DNA of 63,448 nucleotides, the filler included, from Octopus bimaculoides (lineage: Eukaryota): NCBI RefSeq assembly GCF_001194135.2. It is 4 parts of 4 records of this genome, joined end to end, with 100 filler letters (N's around TTAATTAATTAA, not from the genome) between each part and the next. Parts side by side here need not be neighbours in the genome. Positions count along the whole stretch, not along the records: positions 23,948 to 44,813 come from NC_068998.1; 3 more parts are not named here. One strand, given 5' to 3'. Shown here piece after piece: positions 23,848-37,091 of the stretch (position 1 is the stretch's first letter; each line of letters opens with the position of its first letter). Both the position numbers and the translations under genes were made by a program. The notes under the pieces are model-generated. The model was not told the DNA's origin and did no database searches. It saw nothing but the letters and a program-made list of their open reading frames with translations.

Positions 23848-23947
23848 NNNNNNNNNNNNNNNNNNNNNNNNNNNNNNNNNNNNNNNNNNNNTTAATTAAT
23901 TAANNNNNNNNNNNNNNNNNNNNNNNNNNNNNNNNNNNNNNNNNNNN
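23848..23947. other. Artificial 100-bp gap marker (N44-TTAATTAATTAA-N44)
   Basis: Identical layout at 44814-44913 and 62148-62247; the 12-mer has stops in all six frames. Confidence 0.95.
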
Positions 23948-24384
23948 GCTGTAGCAGTTTAGCATGGATCTATATATGTATACACACCTGCACACATAGG
24001 CACGTGCATTCAAATATGCAATTCCTTGCACTCTGATATGTATACACAAACACATACACCATATTACTTTCACTAACGCACGTACTCATATATGCTAATG
24101 TGTATGCGTATAGTGACACATACACATGCAGATATGCGATTCTTTGTGCTCCATTATTATGCACAAACACATAGCTTCTGCACATGCACACACACGCACA
24201 CACATTCATGGATGCAAATATTGACGTTATGTCCATACACACTAACTGTAGCATTCTAGCACACACACACACACACACACATATATACATGTATTTTCTT
24301 CACCTGTATAGCAACTACTATGTTTGATTCTCCATGTTAAGGATTGCTGGTGTATGTGTGTGTGTGTGTGTGTATAGAAAGAGA

Positions 24385-24765
24385 GAGAGAGAAGGTGAAC
24401 CTCAGTGACCTTTTTGTGTGCACAGTTTGTGATAGAACCATGCCTTTCTTTTGCTGGGCTCAAATCTCATTTGCGAACCCATGGAAAACGAACCTCCACG
24501 AGCTATTCTGCCTTTATGTCTGTGCACACCTTTCAATGCAATGTATGCCAGAAGGTTAGCAAATCTAATAGAGGCCTCAAAAGACATTTTAAGATCCACA
24601 AATATCAGAACTTAACTGCAGCTCTTGGTGGTCCAAATCGGATATGCAATCTATGTGGGTGTCTTTTCAAAACATTGTCTGGTTTAAAAAGCCACATCAG
24701 ATGCCATGAGGGTTCTAAGGTGTAGGTACAGGAGATGGTCAAACTCTGCATAAGGAGGAGACAAC
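24385..24765 (+). mobile_element. LINE (probably RTE-type) 3' end encoding three C2H2 zinc fingers, frameshifted
   Basis: FVCTVCDRT/CLSFAGLKSHLRTH (1-nt frameshift), FQCNVCQKVSKSNRGLKRHFKIH, ICNLCGCLFKTLSGLKSHIRCH, then a stop. Linkers are long and not TGEKP. 5' end is truncated at a microsatellite. Confidence 0.6.
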
Positions 24766-24767
24766 CA

Positions 24768-25333
24768 AAGGGTCAGCAGATAAGTTCAGAGGCTGACAAT
24801 GATACTCTCATGAAAGGAATGTGATGAAGTGGGGTTTATTTCTCAACACAGTTCCCCCTTGTGGTCCACACACTTCTTCCTTCAGTGTTGCAGTGCTTGG
24901 ATCTTGTTGGCAAAGATGCTTTCATCCTATTGGTCAAAAAAGTCATCCAAGAGAACCTGCCTCAAACAATGTCACATTTCCACATGAGGACATTAGCTTG
25001 ATATGCTTTTGGTCAGGTGTCATCAGATGTGACACCCACCGACCAGAAACCTTCACTATGCCAAGTTCATTGTGCAGGATATTCTCAACTCTCTCATGGG
25101 ATATGCTAATAGTCAGCCACTTGGATAACACCACCATGGTGCCAAATTTTGTGAATTGTCAAGAGAGGTCGCTACTAGTTACTTTCGAAGTCTTCTTTGA
25201 ACAATCAGATGTCAGATTCCCTGGAAAGAAACAATCCATTTATTAATGAGACTCCAAATTAATGCATTCAACATTTCACAGCTTTAGCATCACTCCTTCA
25301 TAGTCCACCTACAAACTTTTCAGCCCTCTCTCA
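24768..25333 (-). mobile_element. Internally deleted mariner with both TIR remnants
   Basis: Minus strand ISHERVENILHNELGIVKVSGRWVSHLMTPDQK is fused directly to DDFFDQ*DESIFANKIQALQH*RKKCVDHKG, so the catalytic core is missing. TIR-like ends resemble 5765-5799. Confidence 0.88.
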
Positions 25334-25658
25334 TGCGTGTGTATATATATATATATATATATATATGGTACTTATTCTACCAGTTTCTTTTGCCGAACCA
25401 CTAAGTTACGGGGATGTAAACATGTCAACACGGCTTGTCTAGCAGCGTTGCAGGGGACACACGGACACACACACACACACACACATTAGTTTATATTTAT
25501 ATAAAGGAAAAAGATATTAAGCTCAGAAGTATGAATATTAATATTTAATTAATTCACTGTGTATAACTGAAATGGCTGTAAGGGACGATGTGCGATTTGT
25601 TGTTGATAAACTCTTAATAACTTCACAATCTCCATTTTCTTCTTCCTATATATATGTG

Positions 25659-25695
<37 letters not shown>

Positions 25696-26567
25696 CAGGT
25701 AGAATAGAGAAACGGGCATAAATACGTTAATAGATGGGTAGGTAGATAAATAGATTGATTGATACATTGATAAACAGATTGATAGATATGTAGATAGACA
25801 GTCAGATGGACTGGTATGGATATTTTGATTGATATGTTGATTAACAGAGTGAGAGAGGAAGAGAGAGAGAGAGAGAGAGAGAGCCAGAGAATGAGAGCAA
25901 TACTGTAGTATCCAGAAGTTCTTGTGATATTTCAAATTCTTCAAACTTTCATTCCCATATATGGAAGAATTAATTTGTGAGAAAAAAAAAACAGAAAACA
26001 AAACAAATGGTTAAAAGGAACTTAAGTGCAAGAATTTATCACATTTTCCAAAAAATAAAGATTTATTTCTGAGATTGTTCATATTCAACATATTCTCTGC
26101 CATGAGTAATATAAGCCTTGATCCATTTTGAAATTCTAAGAATATGTTCTGTTATTTAAGAATTTTTTTTTAAATTATATTTTTATTAGTTTCTATGCCA
26201 GTTACTCCTTCGGTCACATTAGCTATCCAACCCTGCAAGTCATCCATTGAATAAGATTTAGTTGAGTAAACAAAGAGTAATCTTTAGATGTACCCCCATA
26301 AAATTTGAAGTAATTACGTAATTATGATTTGTTTTGTATTGTTTTTATTTGTGCTTGCCTTTTTTTTTTTGCTTTTTGCTTAATTAGTAAACAATTATAA
26401 CGATTTCTTTTTTGTATATATTTTATTGCGTAGCAATAAAATAGATGCTGTTAGGTTTGTAAATGCTCATTGTAGATTAATTTCTATCGTATATAGAAAC
26501 AGTAGTTATAACAATTAGAAATTTTCAATTTCAAAAATGTACAGGTTTTACATTGGCCAGTATTCGT

Positions 26568-26601
<34 letters not shown>

Positions 26602-26768
26602 TCACTCTGTCTCTCTCTCTTACTCTCTCACACACACACTTTCTCTATTTCTCTCTCTCACACACTCTCTTTCTCTATTTCTTTCACTCACTCTCTCTTT
26701 CTCTCTCACACTCTCTCTCTTACTCTCACACCCTCTCTCTCTCTCTCACACACACACACATTTTCTCT

Positions 26769-26820
<52 letters not shown>

Positions 26821-26846
26821 TGCACTNNNNNNNNNNNNNNNNNNNN

Positions 26847-26902
<56 letters not shown>

Positions 26903-27363
26903 TGCACTCTCGATTTCTCTTTCTCTCTCTCACTCTCTTTCTCTCACACACATACTTTGTCTCTCTCACTCACACACACACACACTTTCTCAGCCTAGTA
27001 CTTATTATATCAGTCTCTTTTGCCAAACCGCTAAATTACGGGGTCATAAACACACCAGCATCAGTTGTCAAGCGATGTTGGGGGGACAAACACAGACACA
27101 CAAACATATACACACATACATACATACATATATATATATATATATTATTTTGCTTAAAAGAGTTCCAACACTGTCTGTTTTTTATGTTTTATTTATATTC
27201 CTGCAGAACTAATGTGGGGTATAGAATATGGAATATACAATATATAATATGATATACAATATACAATATAAAATAAAATAAAATAAAAATGGATGGCACC
27301 ATGAAAGAAAGTATTGAATGTAGATGAAATATTGAGTGTTCAATATAAAGGATCAAATATATA

Positions 27364-27397
<34 letters not shown>

Positions 27398-27531
27398 AAG
27401 GCGACTCGAGTTTCAGGGCTATTTCCCTTCGTCATGGCCGGTATGACAGACTTTAACAGACTGTTAAAGTCTATACACAATCATACACAATCATACAAAA
27501 AAATCCACCTTTTTTTGTATTTATTTTTACT

Positions 27532-27580
<49 letters not shown>

Positions 27581-27582
<2 letters not shown>

Positions 27583-27745
27583 GATGGGCTTCTTTCAGTT
27601 TCCGTCTACCAAATCCACTCACAAGGCTTTGGTCAGCCTGAGGCTATAGTAGAAAAACTTGCCCAAGGTGCCACGCAGTGGGACTGAACCCAGAACCATG
27701 TGGTTCATAAGCAAGCTACTTACCACACGGCCACTCCTATGCCTA
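27581..27745 (-). mobile_element. Family B SINE 5' half with tRNA-like head
   Basis: Minus strand GGAGTGGCCGTGTGGTAAG...GGGTTCAGTCCCACTGCGTGGCACCTTGGGCAAG (A/B boxes). Confidence 0.88.
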
Positions 27746-28525
27746 TATTATATCGATAAAATTAATAAAAAAAATAATATCATATATTTATTGTTAATGC
27801 ACAAATAAGAAATATTTTGGTTTTATTTCAAAGTAATAAATATCTTTCTTTCAGAAATTAGTATTCATTTCACCATTTGGTATAAGCACCAAGAATTTTG
27901 CTAAAACTCAAATTCTTATCATTGTTTGTATACCATATTTTCTGATATTACCTGTAATGACAATATTATACCTCCAAACTCCAAAGTTAGCCACCATATG
28001 TTGGGTAACACACTAATACGTATATCTATATATTGATTACTCGATTCTTTGTCAACGTTTAAGTCTGTTTTTCCATGCTGGCATGGGTTAGATGAATGCA
28101 TATCATTGAGGTAATACTTTACGGCCAGGTGTCATTAACTTTTACCTGTTTTTCAAAGTAAAAGAAGTGTATGCATATATGTATGTATGTATGTATGTAT
28201 ACTCCTAGTCTGTTTACATATTAATTTTCATATTTCTATTACGCACCTAAATTCTTGGAAAATGATATTCCTAAAATTAGACTGGTTTCTTGCCATAATA
28301 GTTTAGTTTTTTTTTTTTTATGTTTTGTATTAAATTGTTGAAAAGTAGGGTTTTTATTTTTTTTTTGCATTTTCCAATCATTCTGAATTTTATGTAATTT
28401 TTACTTATTTTTAGTTTTTTTCTTTTTTTGTTATTACATCTTTACTTTTCAAATTATTCTCTTTCATTTCTTATCCTTATCAGTGTATATGTATGTACTA
28501 ATGTATCTATGTATGTATGTGTGTG

Positions 28526-28563
<38 letters not shown>

Positions 28564-28627
28564 TAGATACACACACACATATTCATTATGAGTGTATGTA
28601 TATATATATTCATTGTGTGTGTGTGTG

Positions 28628-28686
<59 letters not shown>

Positions 28687-29279
28687 NNNNNNNNNNNNNN
28701 NNNNNNNNNNNNNNNNNNNNNNNNNNNNNNNNNNNNNNNNNNNNNNNNNNNNNNNNNNNNNNNNNNNNNNNNNNNNNNNNNNNNNNNNNNNNNNNNNNNN
28801 NNNNNNNNNNNNNNNNNNNNNNNNNNNNNNNNNNNNNNNNNNNNNNNNNNNNNNNNNNNNNNNNNNNNNNNNNNNNNNNNNNNNNNNNNNNNNNNNNNNN
28901 NNNNNNNNNNNNNNNNNNNNNNNNNNNNNNNNNNNNNNNNNNNNNNNNNNNNNNNNNNNNNNNNNNNNNNNNNNNNNNNNNNNNNNNNNNNNNNNNNNNN
29001 NNNNNNNNNNNNNNNNNNNNNNNNNNNNNNNNNNNNNNNNNNNNNNNNNNNNNNNNNNNNNNNNNNNNNNNNNNNNNNNNNNNNNNNNNNNNNNNNNNNN
29101 NNNNNNNNNNNNNNNNNNNNNNNNNNNNNNNNNNNNNNNNNNNNNNNNNNNNNNNNNNNNNNNNNNNNNNNNNNNNNNNNNNNNNNNNNNNNNNNNNNNN
29201 NNNNNNNNNNNNNNNNNNNNNNNNNNNNNNNNNNNNAAATACTTAGGTCCTGGACTTCATATATATATATATCATCATC

Positions 29280-29610
29280 ATCATCATCGTTTAATGTCTG
29301 CTTTCTATGCTAGCATGGGTTGGACGATTTGACTGAGGACTGGTGAAACCAGATGGCTACACCAGGCTCCAATCTGATCTAGCAGAGTTTCTACATCTGG
29401 ATGCCCTTCCTAACGCCAACCACTCTGAGAGTGTAGTGGGTGCTTTTACGTGCCACGAAGGCCAGTCAGGCGGTACTGGCAACAGCCACGCTCAAAATGG
29501 TGTATTTTACGTGCCACCCACACAAGAGCCAGTCCAGCGGCACTGGCAACAATCTCGCTCAAAAGTCCTTACACATGCCACGGCATAAGTCCTAGAAAAG
29601 CGACGCTGGG
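29280..29610 (-). mobile_element. Family C SINE, (GAT)n-tailed
   Basis: Reverse complement of GAGTGGTTGGCGTTAGGAAGGGCATCCAG...AACCCATGCTAGCATAGAAAGCAGACATTAAACGATGATGATG. Confidence 0.85.
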
Positions 29611-30576
29611 CACAGGTGCCAAAAAAATGTCTTATAGCATTTGCTCCATCTCCTAACGTTTGGAGTTCATATTCTGTCAAAATTGACTTTACGTTCCATT
29701 CCTCCAGGGTTAGTAAAATATAACACCAACCAAGTTTCTTGAACCATTGATATTGTCTTCCAATATATTGCCCAGTGTTTCTGTTGAGCTGGCAGATTTG
29801 GTAGGACATAGGAAAAAATTTTTGCCCTGTATATTTTTACACTCAGAGTTCAAATCTTGTGAAGGCCTACATGGCCTTTCATTCATCCAAGCAGTGGTTA
29901 AACAAAGTGCCATCCTTGAACCTGTGGTCAATGGCATTGACTAACCCCCCCCCCCCTCCTCTTGAAATTTTNNNNNNNNNNGTCAATGGCATTGACTAAC
30001 CCCCCCCCCCCTCCTCTTGAAATTTTCTGGCCTTGTGCTCTAAATAAGAAACAGTTATTCTAATTATTATTCCAAGACATCTGGAAAATATATTCTACCG
30101 TTCCCGTGTCCATTGCAAATTCTGTGCACGTTTTTCTGTTGACTGCATCTTGGAATGAATTTCTATAAGATAATTTGGCCCAGTTTGGTCTCATCATAAT
30201 TTCATATGTCGCCACAGAAGTTTTCTTCTCCCCCTCTCTCTCTTTCTCCAGCGTATTGTTTCATTTTTGTTTGGTTATTTTTTTTTTGTACCTTTTAGTT
30301 TTATTTTAGCAATTTTGTTATTTATTTAGTTTTGGCTTTTGTACTCTTTCCTACACTCTCCTCTCTCTTATTCGTCAGGATGTCGCCCATCCTCTTCAGT
30401 TTTTATGTGCTCAGTCTCACTTTGGCTTCTTGTCTCCAATAACATATATATATATATATCTATCTATCTATCTATATATAAACAGTTGTATCTCTCCATG
30501 TGCAATTTTGTCTTCCTCTCTGTGTGTGTGTGTGTGTATGTATGTCTTTCTGTATGTTTGGAAGTGTGCGTGTATG

Positions 30577-30617
<41 letters not shown>

Positions 30618-31732
30618 CAGCACTGAGTAGTGGCTCGCATAGACTCAGCTTTGAATAAATGATTATAATATTTCACTCTAACTATTGAATGTGTGTGTGG
30701 ATGCACATACATACACACAAGCACACAAGCACATATATAGACATATATAGCTACACTTGCCTTTCACACTACTATAAAACCATCGTACACTGAATTTCCA
30801 TAGACAAACTCCTGCAAGCATGCATACATACATACATATATGTACGTAGGCACACACTCCCTCCCGCTCTCTCATTCTTTCCCTCTCCCTCCCTCCTTTC
30901 CTCCCTCTTCTTCCTTTCCTCCCCCTCTCACATGCAGACATTCAAATACAATCATCCACTTAAGTACATACAGAATACACATGGATAAACACATATATTT
31001 ATATAGGTGTGTATGTGTGTGTGTGTAGTTTATGAAAAAAGTGAAAAAAGAAAACAAAAGAAAAAAGGCCCATATTGTTAATAATTAAATTACATAGTCA
31101 GCCNNNNNNNNNNNNNNNNNNNNNNNNNNNNNNNNNNNNNNNNNNNNNNNNNNNNNNNNNNNNNNNNNNNNNNNNNNNNNNNNNNNNNNNNNNNNNNNNN
31201 NNNNNNNNNNNNNNNNNNNNNNNNNNNNNNNNNNNNNNNNNNNNNNNNNNNNNNNNNNNNNNNNNNNNNNNNNNNNNNNNNNNNNNNNNNNNNNNNNNNN
31301 NNNNNNNNNNNNNNNNNNNNNNNNNNNNNNNNNNNNNNNNNNNNNNNNNNNNNNNNNNNNNNNNNNNNNNNNNNNNNNNNNNNNNNNNNNNNNNNNNNNN
31401 NNNNNNNNNNNNNNNNNNNNNNNNNNNNNNNNNNNNNNNNNNNNNNNNNNNNNNNNNNNNNNNNNNNNNNNNNNNNNNNNNNNNNNNNNNNNNNNNNNNN
31501 NNNNNNNNNNNNNNNNNNNNNNNNNNNNNNNNNNNNNNNNNNNNNNNNNNNNNNNNNNNNNNNNNNNNNNNNNNNNNNNNNNNNNNNNNNNNNNNNNNNN
31601 NNNNNNNNNNNNNNNNNNNNNNNNNNNNNNNNNNNNNNNNNNNNNNNNNCCAACTGCTATTTTACCAGGACATAACCAAACCATCACCAGTTGTCAAGCA
31701 GTCGAGTATGCAGCCACATACACACATACACA

Positions 31733-31969
31733 CAGGGTTGGCCAAAAGTCACCTGACAGTAAATCAAAACCATTTAATTCCAAGATTTATTTGTTTATGT
31801 TTAACAACTGAATGAATTTAATAAAAGCATCTAAATATGAAACATCATGAAAATTCTTCAAACTGAAGTCCTTCTTGAGCAACACATTTTTCCATTCGAT
31901 TCAATACAGAATTACAGATAGTATTTATGGAATTTTGATTTGCTGTTGGGTGACTTTTGCCCAACCCTG
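31733..31969. mobile_element. Tc1/mariner-type MITE, 237 bp
   Basis: TIR CAGGGTTGGCCAAAAGTCACC versus reverse complement CAGGGTTGGGCAAAAGTCACC (20/21); TA follows the right end. Confidence 0.88.
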
Positions 31970-31989
31970 TATATACACACATATGTGGC

Positions 31990-32292
31990 ATCTAAAAAGA
32001 ACCACTCGAGCGTGATCATTGTCAGTGCCGTTTGACTGGCTTCCGTGCTGGTGGAACGTAAAAAGCACCATCCTAGCGTGGTCGATGCCAGTGCCGGCTG
32101 ACTGGTCCCGTGCCGGTGACATGTAAAAGGCACCTCTGAGTGGTTGGCGTTAGGAAGGGCATCCAGCTGTAGAAACTCTGCCAAATCAGATTGGAGCCTG
32201 GTGTTGCCATCCGGTTTCACCAGTCCTCAGTCAAATCGTCCAACCCATGCTAGCATGGAAAGCGGACGTTAAACGATGATGATGATGATGAA
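31990..32292 (+). mobile_element. Family C SINE, (GAT)n-tailed
   Basis: Internal short repeats, then GTGGTTGGCGTTAGGAAGGGCATCCAGCTGTAGAAAC...CCCATGCTAGCATGGAAAGCGGACGTTAAACGATGATGAT. Confidence 0.88.
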
Positions 32293-33694
32293 TTGGTTCC
32301 TGAGGTAACGAAAATAGATGATAGTATAGGTATGAGGAGAGTAAGTGTGATGGTTGCAGTTGGGTATCAAAGAGAGGAAGGGAGACTTGTGGAAAGAGGG
32401 ACGAGTGGTTGTGGGGGGAGGAGGATGAGGAGATAGAAAGGAAGGTGCTAGAGAGGTAAGGAATGATTGACTGAAGAAAGAGGAAAACTTATTGAGAACT
32501 CAATGGGGTAGTAAGAGAGGGTGGGAAAGAGGTGGAGAGGTAGGTAGACCAACAGAACAATAGATAAATAGAGAGGGAGGGGCATAAAAGTGGAGAGAGA
32601 GAGAGAGAGACAGAGAGACAGAGACAGACAGACAAGGAAAGGGGCAGATAGGTAGAGCGAGGGACTGAAATGTAGAAAGTAAGAGAGAGAGAGACAGATT
32701 GGTAGATAGACTAACATAGAGGGAGAGAGAGAGAGACAGATTGGTAGATAGCCTTACATAGAGGGAGAGACAGACAGACAGATTCGTAGATAGACTAACA
32801 TAGAGAGAGAGAGAGAGATTGGTAGATAGACTAACATAGAGGGAGAGAGAGAGGGAGGGAGACAGATTGGTAGATAGACTAACATAGAGGGAGAGAGAGA
32901 CGGAGTGACAGGTCAATAGACTAATAGAAAGCGAGAGACAGAGAGGGATGTTGCTTGTTATTTTGTTATCAGTTTTTAAAAATTTCATTTAAAACTGCAA
33001 AATTTTAAAACCAGTTTTTCCAGCACTCAAAAAAAAAAAAAAAGAAAGAAACCAAAAGCGTTTATCATATTTATTTATATATGATTATCTGTGATAGATA
33101 ATGTTTTTGAAATACATTTTTAAGCTTTGTTGCCAAAATATGTAATTGGATAAATAAGAAAATGCAGTTTCTCTCTGTTTAAATTTTATTATTCATTTTT
33201 TTAAATCTAATTTTTCTTATATTTGTGTTACATCACAGAGCAATGGTAATATTTTTAAATATCTTAGATGCAATGGCAGTTTTTGACATGGTAAAAATAA
33301 ATATAGTTTCACTGCTTTTTATATCATTTTTACATGTTTATAGCATTTGTGCTAATAACTGTTTCCATATAATTTGTCTTTTTGTGTGTGTGTGGGTGGG
33401 TGTTTGAAGGGAAAATTGGGAAGTTACAAATGAACCCCAGGTCAACGTAAGCCTCACGACTGAATTTGGTTGACAGAAATTGAAAGAATCTTCTGGGTGT
33501 GTTTGTGTGCATGGGAGGTGGGTGTTAGAGTCTGCTTGTCTTGACATTGCATGATAGGTGTAAACGAGTGTCACCTACATACAAGCAGTGTTTTACATTT
33601 CTTTTGGTTCCCATGGATACTTGTACAACACTTGTCCACAGCTATTATGCAATGCCGAGGCAAAGGAGACAAACACAAACATACACATAAATCT

Positions 33695-34020
33695 TTTATT
33701 TGTTTGTTTGTCCATGGACAAGATATCTCAAGAACCCCTGGGTGGATTCGGATGAAACTTTCAGGGATGTTTGGCCTCGTGACTCACACGAACTGATAAT
33801 ATTTGGGGATCGATCCAGTACAAGAAAACGATTTGGGATTTTTTAATTTTTTTTTTTTTTTTTTTTTTTTGAGCGGTCGGGTTCATTTTTGATATTCTCG
33901 TTTCTGAGAGCAGTCGAGTTCATTTCAGACATTCTCATTTTAATAATCATCTCCGGTTAATCGTTGAGAGGACGTTGGTGTTGCCTTGGCAGAGGTTTGC
34001 ACTCTTTGAGTTCTCTTGTT
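33695..34020 (+). mobile_element. Helentron-associated (HINE/DINE-1-like) non-autonomous element, 3' part
   Basis: (TTTG)n, GGATGAAACTTTCAGGGATG core shared with 41308-41580, and 3' subterminal GGCAGAGGT followed by GCACTCTTTGAGTTC. Confidence 0.6.
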
Positions 34021-35659
34021 ATTATTATAATTTTAGGGCAATCTGGCTACTCTTACTGAGGAGATTGAAGAAACATACTAATGCTTCATCTGCTAATGAG
34101 CTCGACAGCTAGGCTCCATATTGTAACAGTTATCATACAGTCTCGCACATGTGTACGTGTATTTGTACTTATAATGTGTGTGTAGTTGGTAGGGTGAGTA
34201 TTAAATTTACGGAAATGAAAAGAAAAATAATGAAATANNNNNNNNNNNNNNNNNNNNNNNNNNNNNNNNNNNNNNNNNNNNNNNNNNNNNNNNNNNNNNN
34301 NNNNNNNNNNNNNNNNNNNNNNNNNNNNNNNNNNNNNNNNNNNNNNNNNNNNNNNNNNNNNNNNNNNNNNNNNNNNNNNNNNNNNNNNNNNNNNNNNNNN
34401 NNNNNNNNNNNNNNNNNNNNNNNNNNNNNNNNNNNNNNNNNNNNNNNNNNNNNNNNNNNNNNNNNNNNNNNNNNNNNNNNNNNNNNNNNNNNNNNNNNNN
34501 NNNNNNNNNNNNNNNNNNNNNNNNNNNNNNNNNNNNNNNNNNNNNNNNNNNNNNNNNNNNNNNNNNNNNNNNNNNNNNNNNNNNNNNNNNNNNNNNNNNN
34601 NNNNNNNNNNNNNNNNNNNNNNNNNNNNNNNNNNNNNNNNNNNNNNNNNNNNNNNNNNNNNNNNNNNNNNNNNNNNNNNNNNNNNNGTATATGTGTATAT
34701 GTAATATATATATGTGTATATGTAATATATATATGTGTATATGTAATATGTATATATGTAATTTATATACATGTAATATGTATATATGTAATATATATAC
34801 ATGTATTTTTAATATGTATATGTATATATGTAATATATGTATATTTAATATATATACTTACATACGTATGTATGTATGTATGTATATATATATATGTGTG
34901 TGTGTGTGTGTATGTTTATATATATGTGTGTGTGTGTGTGTTATCGCAAGCTTGAATGATAAATAAGTAAAATTCAGAAAGTTCTTTAAAACACTGGAGG
35001 AAAATAATTTTCCGCCATGTCTCCAGCAGGGTTTGTCTCATTTTCTTCGAGATGCAAATCAGAACTGATAATGCTTATTGCTTATGGGGTGGAATATGTT
35101 TGCCACAGAAACGTGTGGCGGGGTGGGAGTTATGCGGGTGTGTTAGTGGGGGTGTAGAATCCAGATGAGACACAGCAAGCTGAAAGAAATCTTAGAAAAC
35201 ACACACACACACACACATTTTTTTCTAATAAAAGAAACTAAACAAAAAAAGTGGGGGAGTGGGGATGGGGGAATTTTGCGAAATTTTAATGCAAAAATGG
35301 TAAAGAAAATGGAGTAACTGTTTTAATGGAAAGCCTTATGTATAGCAGACTTAATGAATTTGTGGAAGTGAGGTAGGGTGATGGGGGGGGCATTTGTGCT
35401 GGTTGTTGTTGGTGGTAGTGGTGGTGGTGGTGGTGGTGCTGTTGTTAGTGGTGGTTGAGTGAAGGGGTAAAAATGTAATTCTGTCCATTGAACCAGATAT
35501 TGCATATCTCATCTGTGTGAAACAGGGTTTTGCTGTCATTTATTTTAATATGATGTCACGTATGTAAATATATATCTATATATATAAATCTCTCCCTTTA
35601 TATATGTATTTATTTATTTTCTCTCTCTCTCTTTATATCTTTATTTATTTCTCTCTCTT

Positions 35660-35691
<32 letters not shown>

Positions 35692-35994
35692 CCTCTCTCT
35701 CTTTTCTATATGTATGTATATATATATATATATAGAGAGAGAGATAGGGAAGGAGAGGGGTAATGATATAGATAAATACAAACTTGGTGTGTATGTATGT
35801 ATATGTATATATATATATATATATATAGTTATGTAGATGGATAGAAATCACAAATATAGACATGCATATGTAGAGAAATAGTGAGATAGATGCATACATG
35901 TGTACACACACACACATTTGTGTATGTGTGTATGTATATTTTTCATTTTCATTTTATCTAGTTTCAGCTCTTGAGCTGTGGTCATGCTGGGGCA

Positions 35995-36031
<37 letters not shown>

Positions 36032-36309
36032 CACACACAAATATGTGCTTATACTTATAAATACATGTATGTATTTATATAGACGTACATGGATTTACAT
36101 GTATACACAGATACACCAGCATGCATACACATATATTTACACACATATAACACATGCATACACGTGTGTGTACGTATCATTTTAATTTTTTCATCTTATC
36201 TAGTTTCGGCTCACGAGCTGTGCCCATGCTGGGGCACCGCCATTAAAAAAATAAGCGGTACCTCTCGCGAGAGGTACATCAATGTGTGTGTGTGTTTATA
36301 TGTATGTGT

Positions 36310-36545
36310 ATGTATACTCTCTCTTTACTCTCTTTTACTTGTTGCAGTCATTTGACTGCGGCCATGCTGGAGCACTGCCTTTAGTCGAGCAAATTGACCC
36401 CAGGACTTATCCTTTGTAAGCCTTTGTACTTATTCTATCGGTGTCTTTTGCTGAACCGCTAAGTTACGGGGACGTAACCACACCAGCATCGGTTGGCAAG
36501 CAATGTTGGGTGGGGGACAAACACACACACACAAACATATGCACA
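36310..36545 (-). mobile_element. Family B SINE 3' half
   Basis: CTTTTACTTGTTGCAGTCATTTGACTGCGGCCATGCTGGAGCAC...GAACCGCTAAGTTACGGGGACGTAA. Confidence 0.85.
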
Positions 36546-36668
36546 CACACATATATATATATAAAATTATTATTATTATTATTGTTGCATATTGTCTGTA
36601 GGTTCCTTTTACATCATTCCCAAATAGTGGGTTATGCTGTACACTCTTTTCTACTGTGTTGTTTTTAC

Positions 36669-36724
<56 letters not shown>

Positions 36725-37091
36725 TTGCTGCTGGTGTTGCTACATGTAGAATCAAATTCGTGATGTCTCCTTTGAATCCTAAGTGACATTTAATAATGTA
36801 TCATATTTCTTTGCTAAAAAAAAAAAAAAGACATCCACTTTAGACACCGTTGCACTGAATGATGTAGTTGTGGAATTTATTTGTGCAACTAGGAAATTTC
36901 ACTTGCCAGCTTGCAGAACGGAATTCTTGCATTCTAAATTGCTCTTATGGAAAATGGCATGAAATGGGTAGCCTTCTGTGCTTTCATTACTACTTGTTCT
37001 CCATATATATATATGAGGGCACACAGCCTAATGGTTAGGTTGTTCCACTCACGTTCATGAGAAATAAGTACCAGAGGATTGCTATTAGTAT

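Noticed and set aside
24405-24725. Functional host C2H2 zinc-finger gene
   Set aside because: Finger 1 is frameshifted, linkers are atypical, the 5' end is lost in a microsatellite, and the context fits a LINE tail.
29925-30025. Direct repeat across a 10-N gap (also 56105-56160)
   Set aside because: Identical sequence on both sides of a minimal gap is typical of unmerged contig overlap.
35115-35275. G-quadruplex-capable G runs
   Set aside because: Such runs are common in this low-complexity genome, and nothing ties them to a function here.
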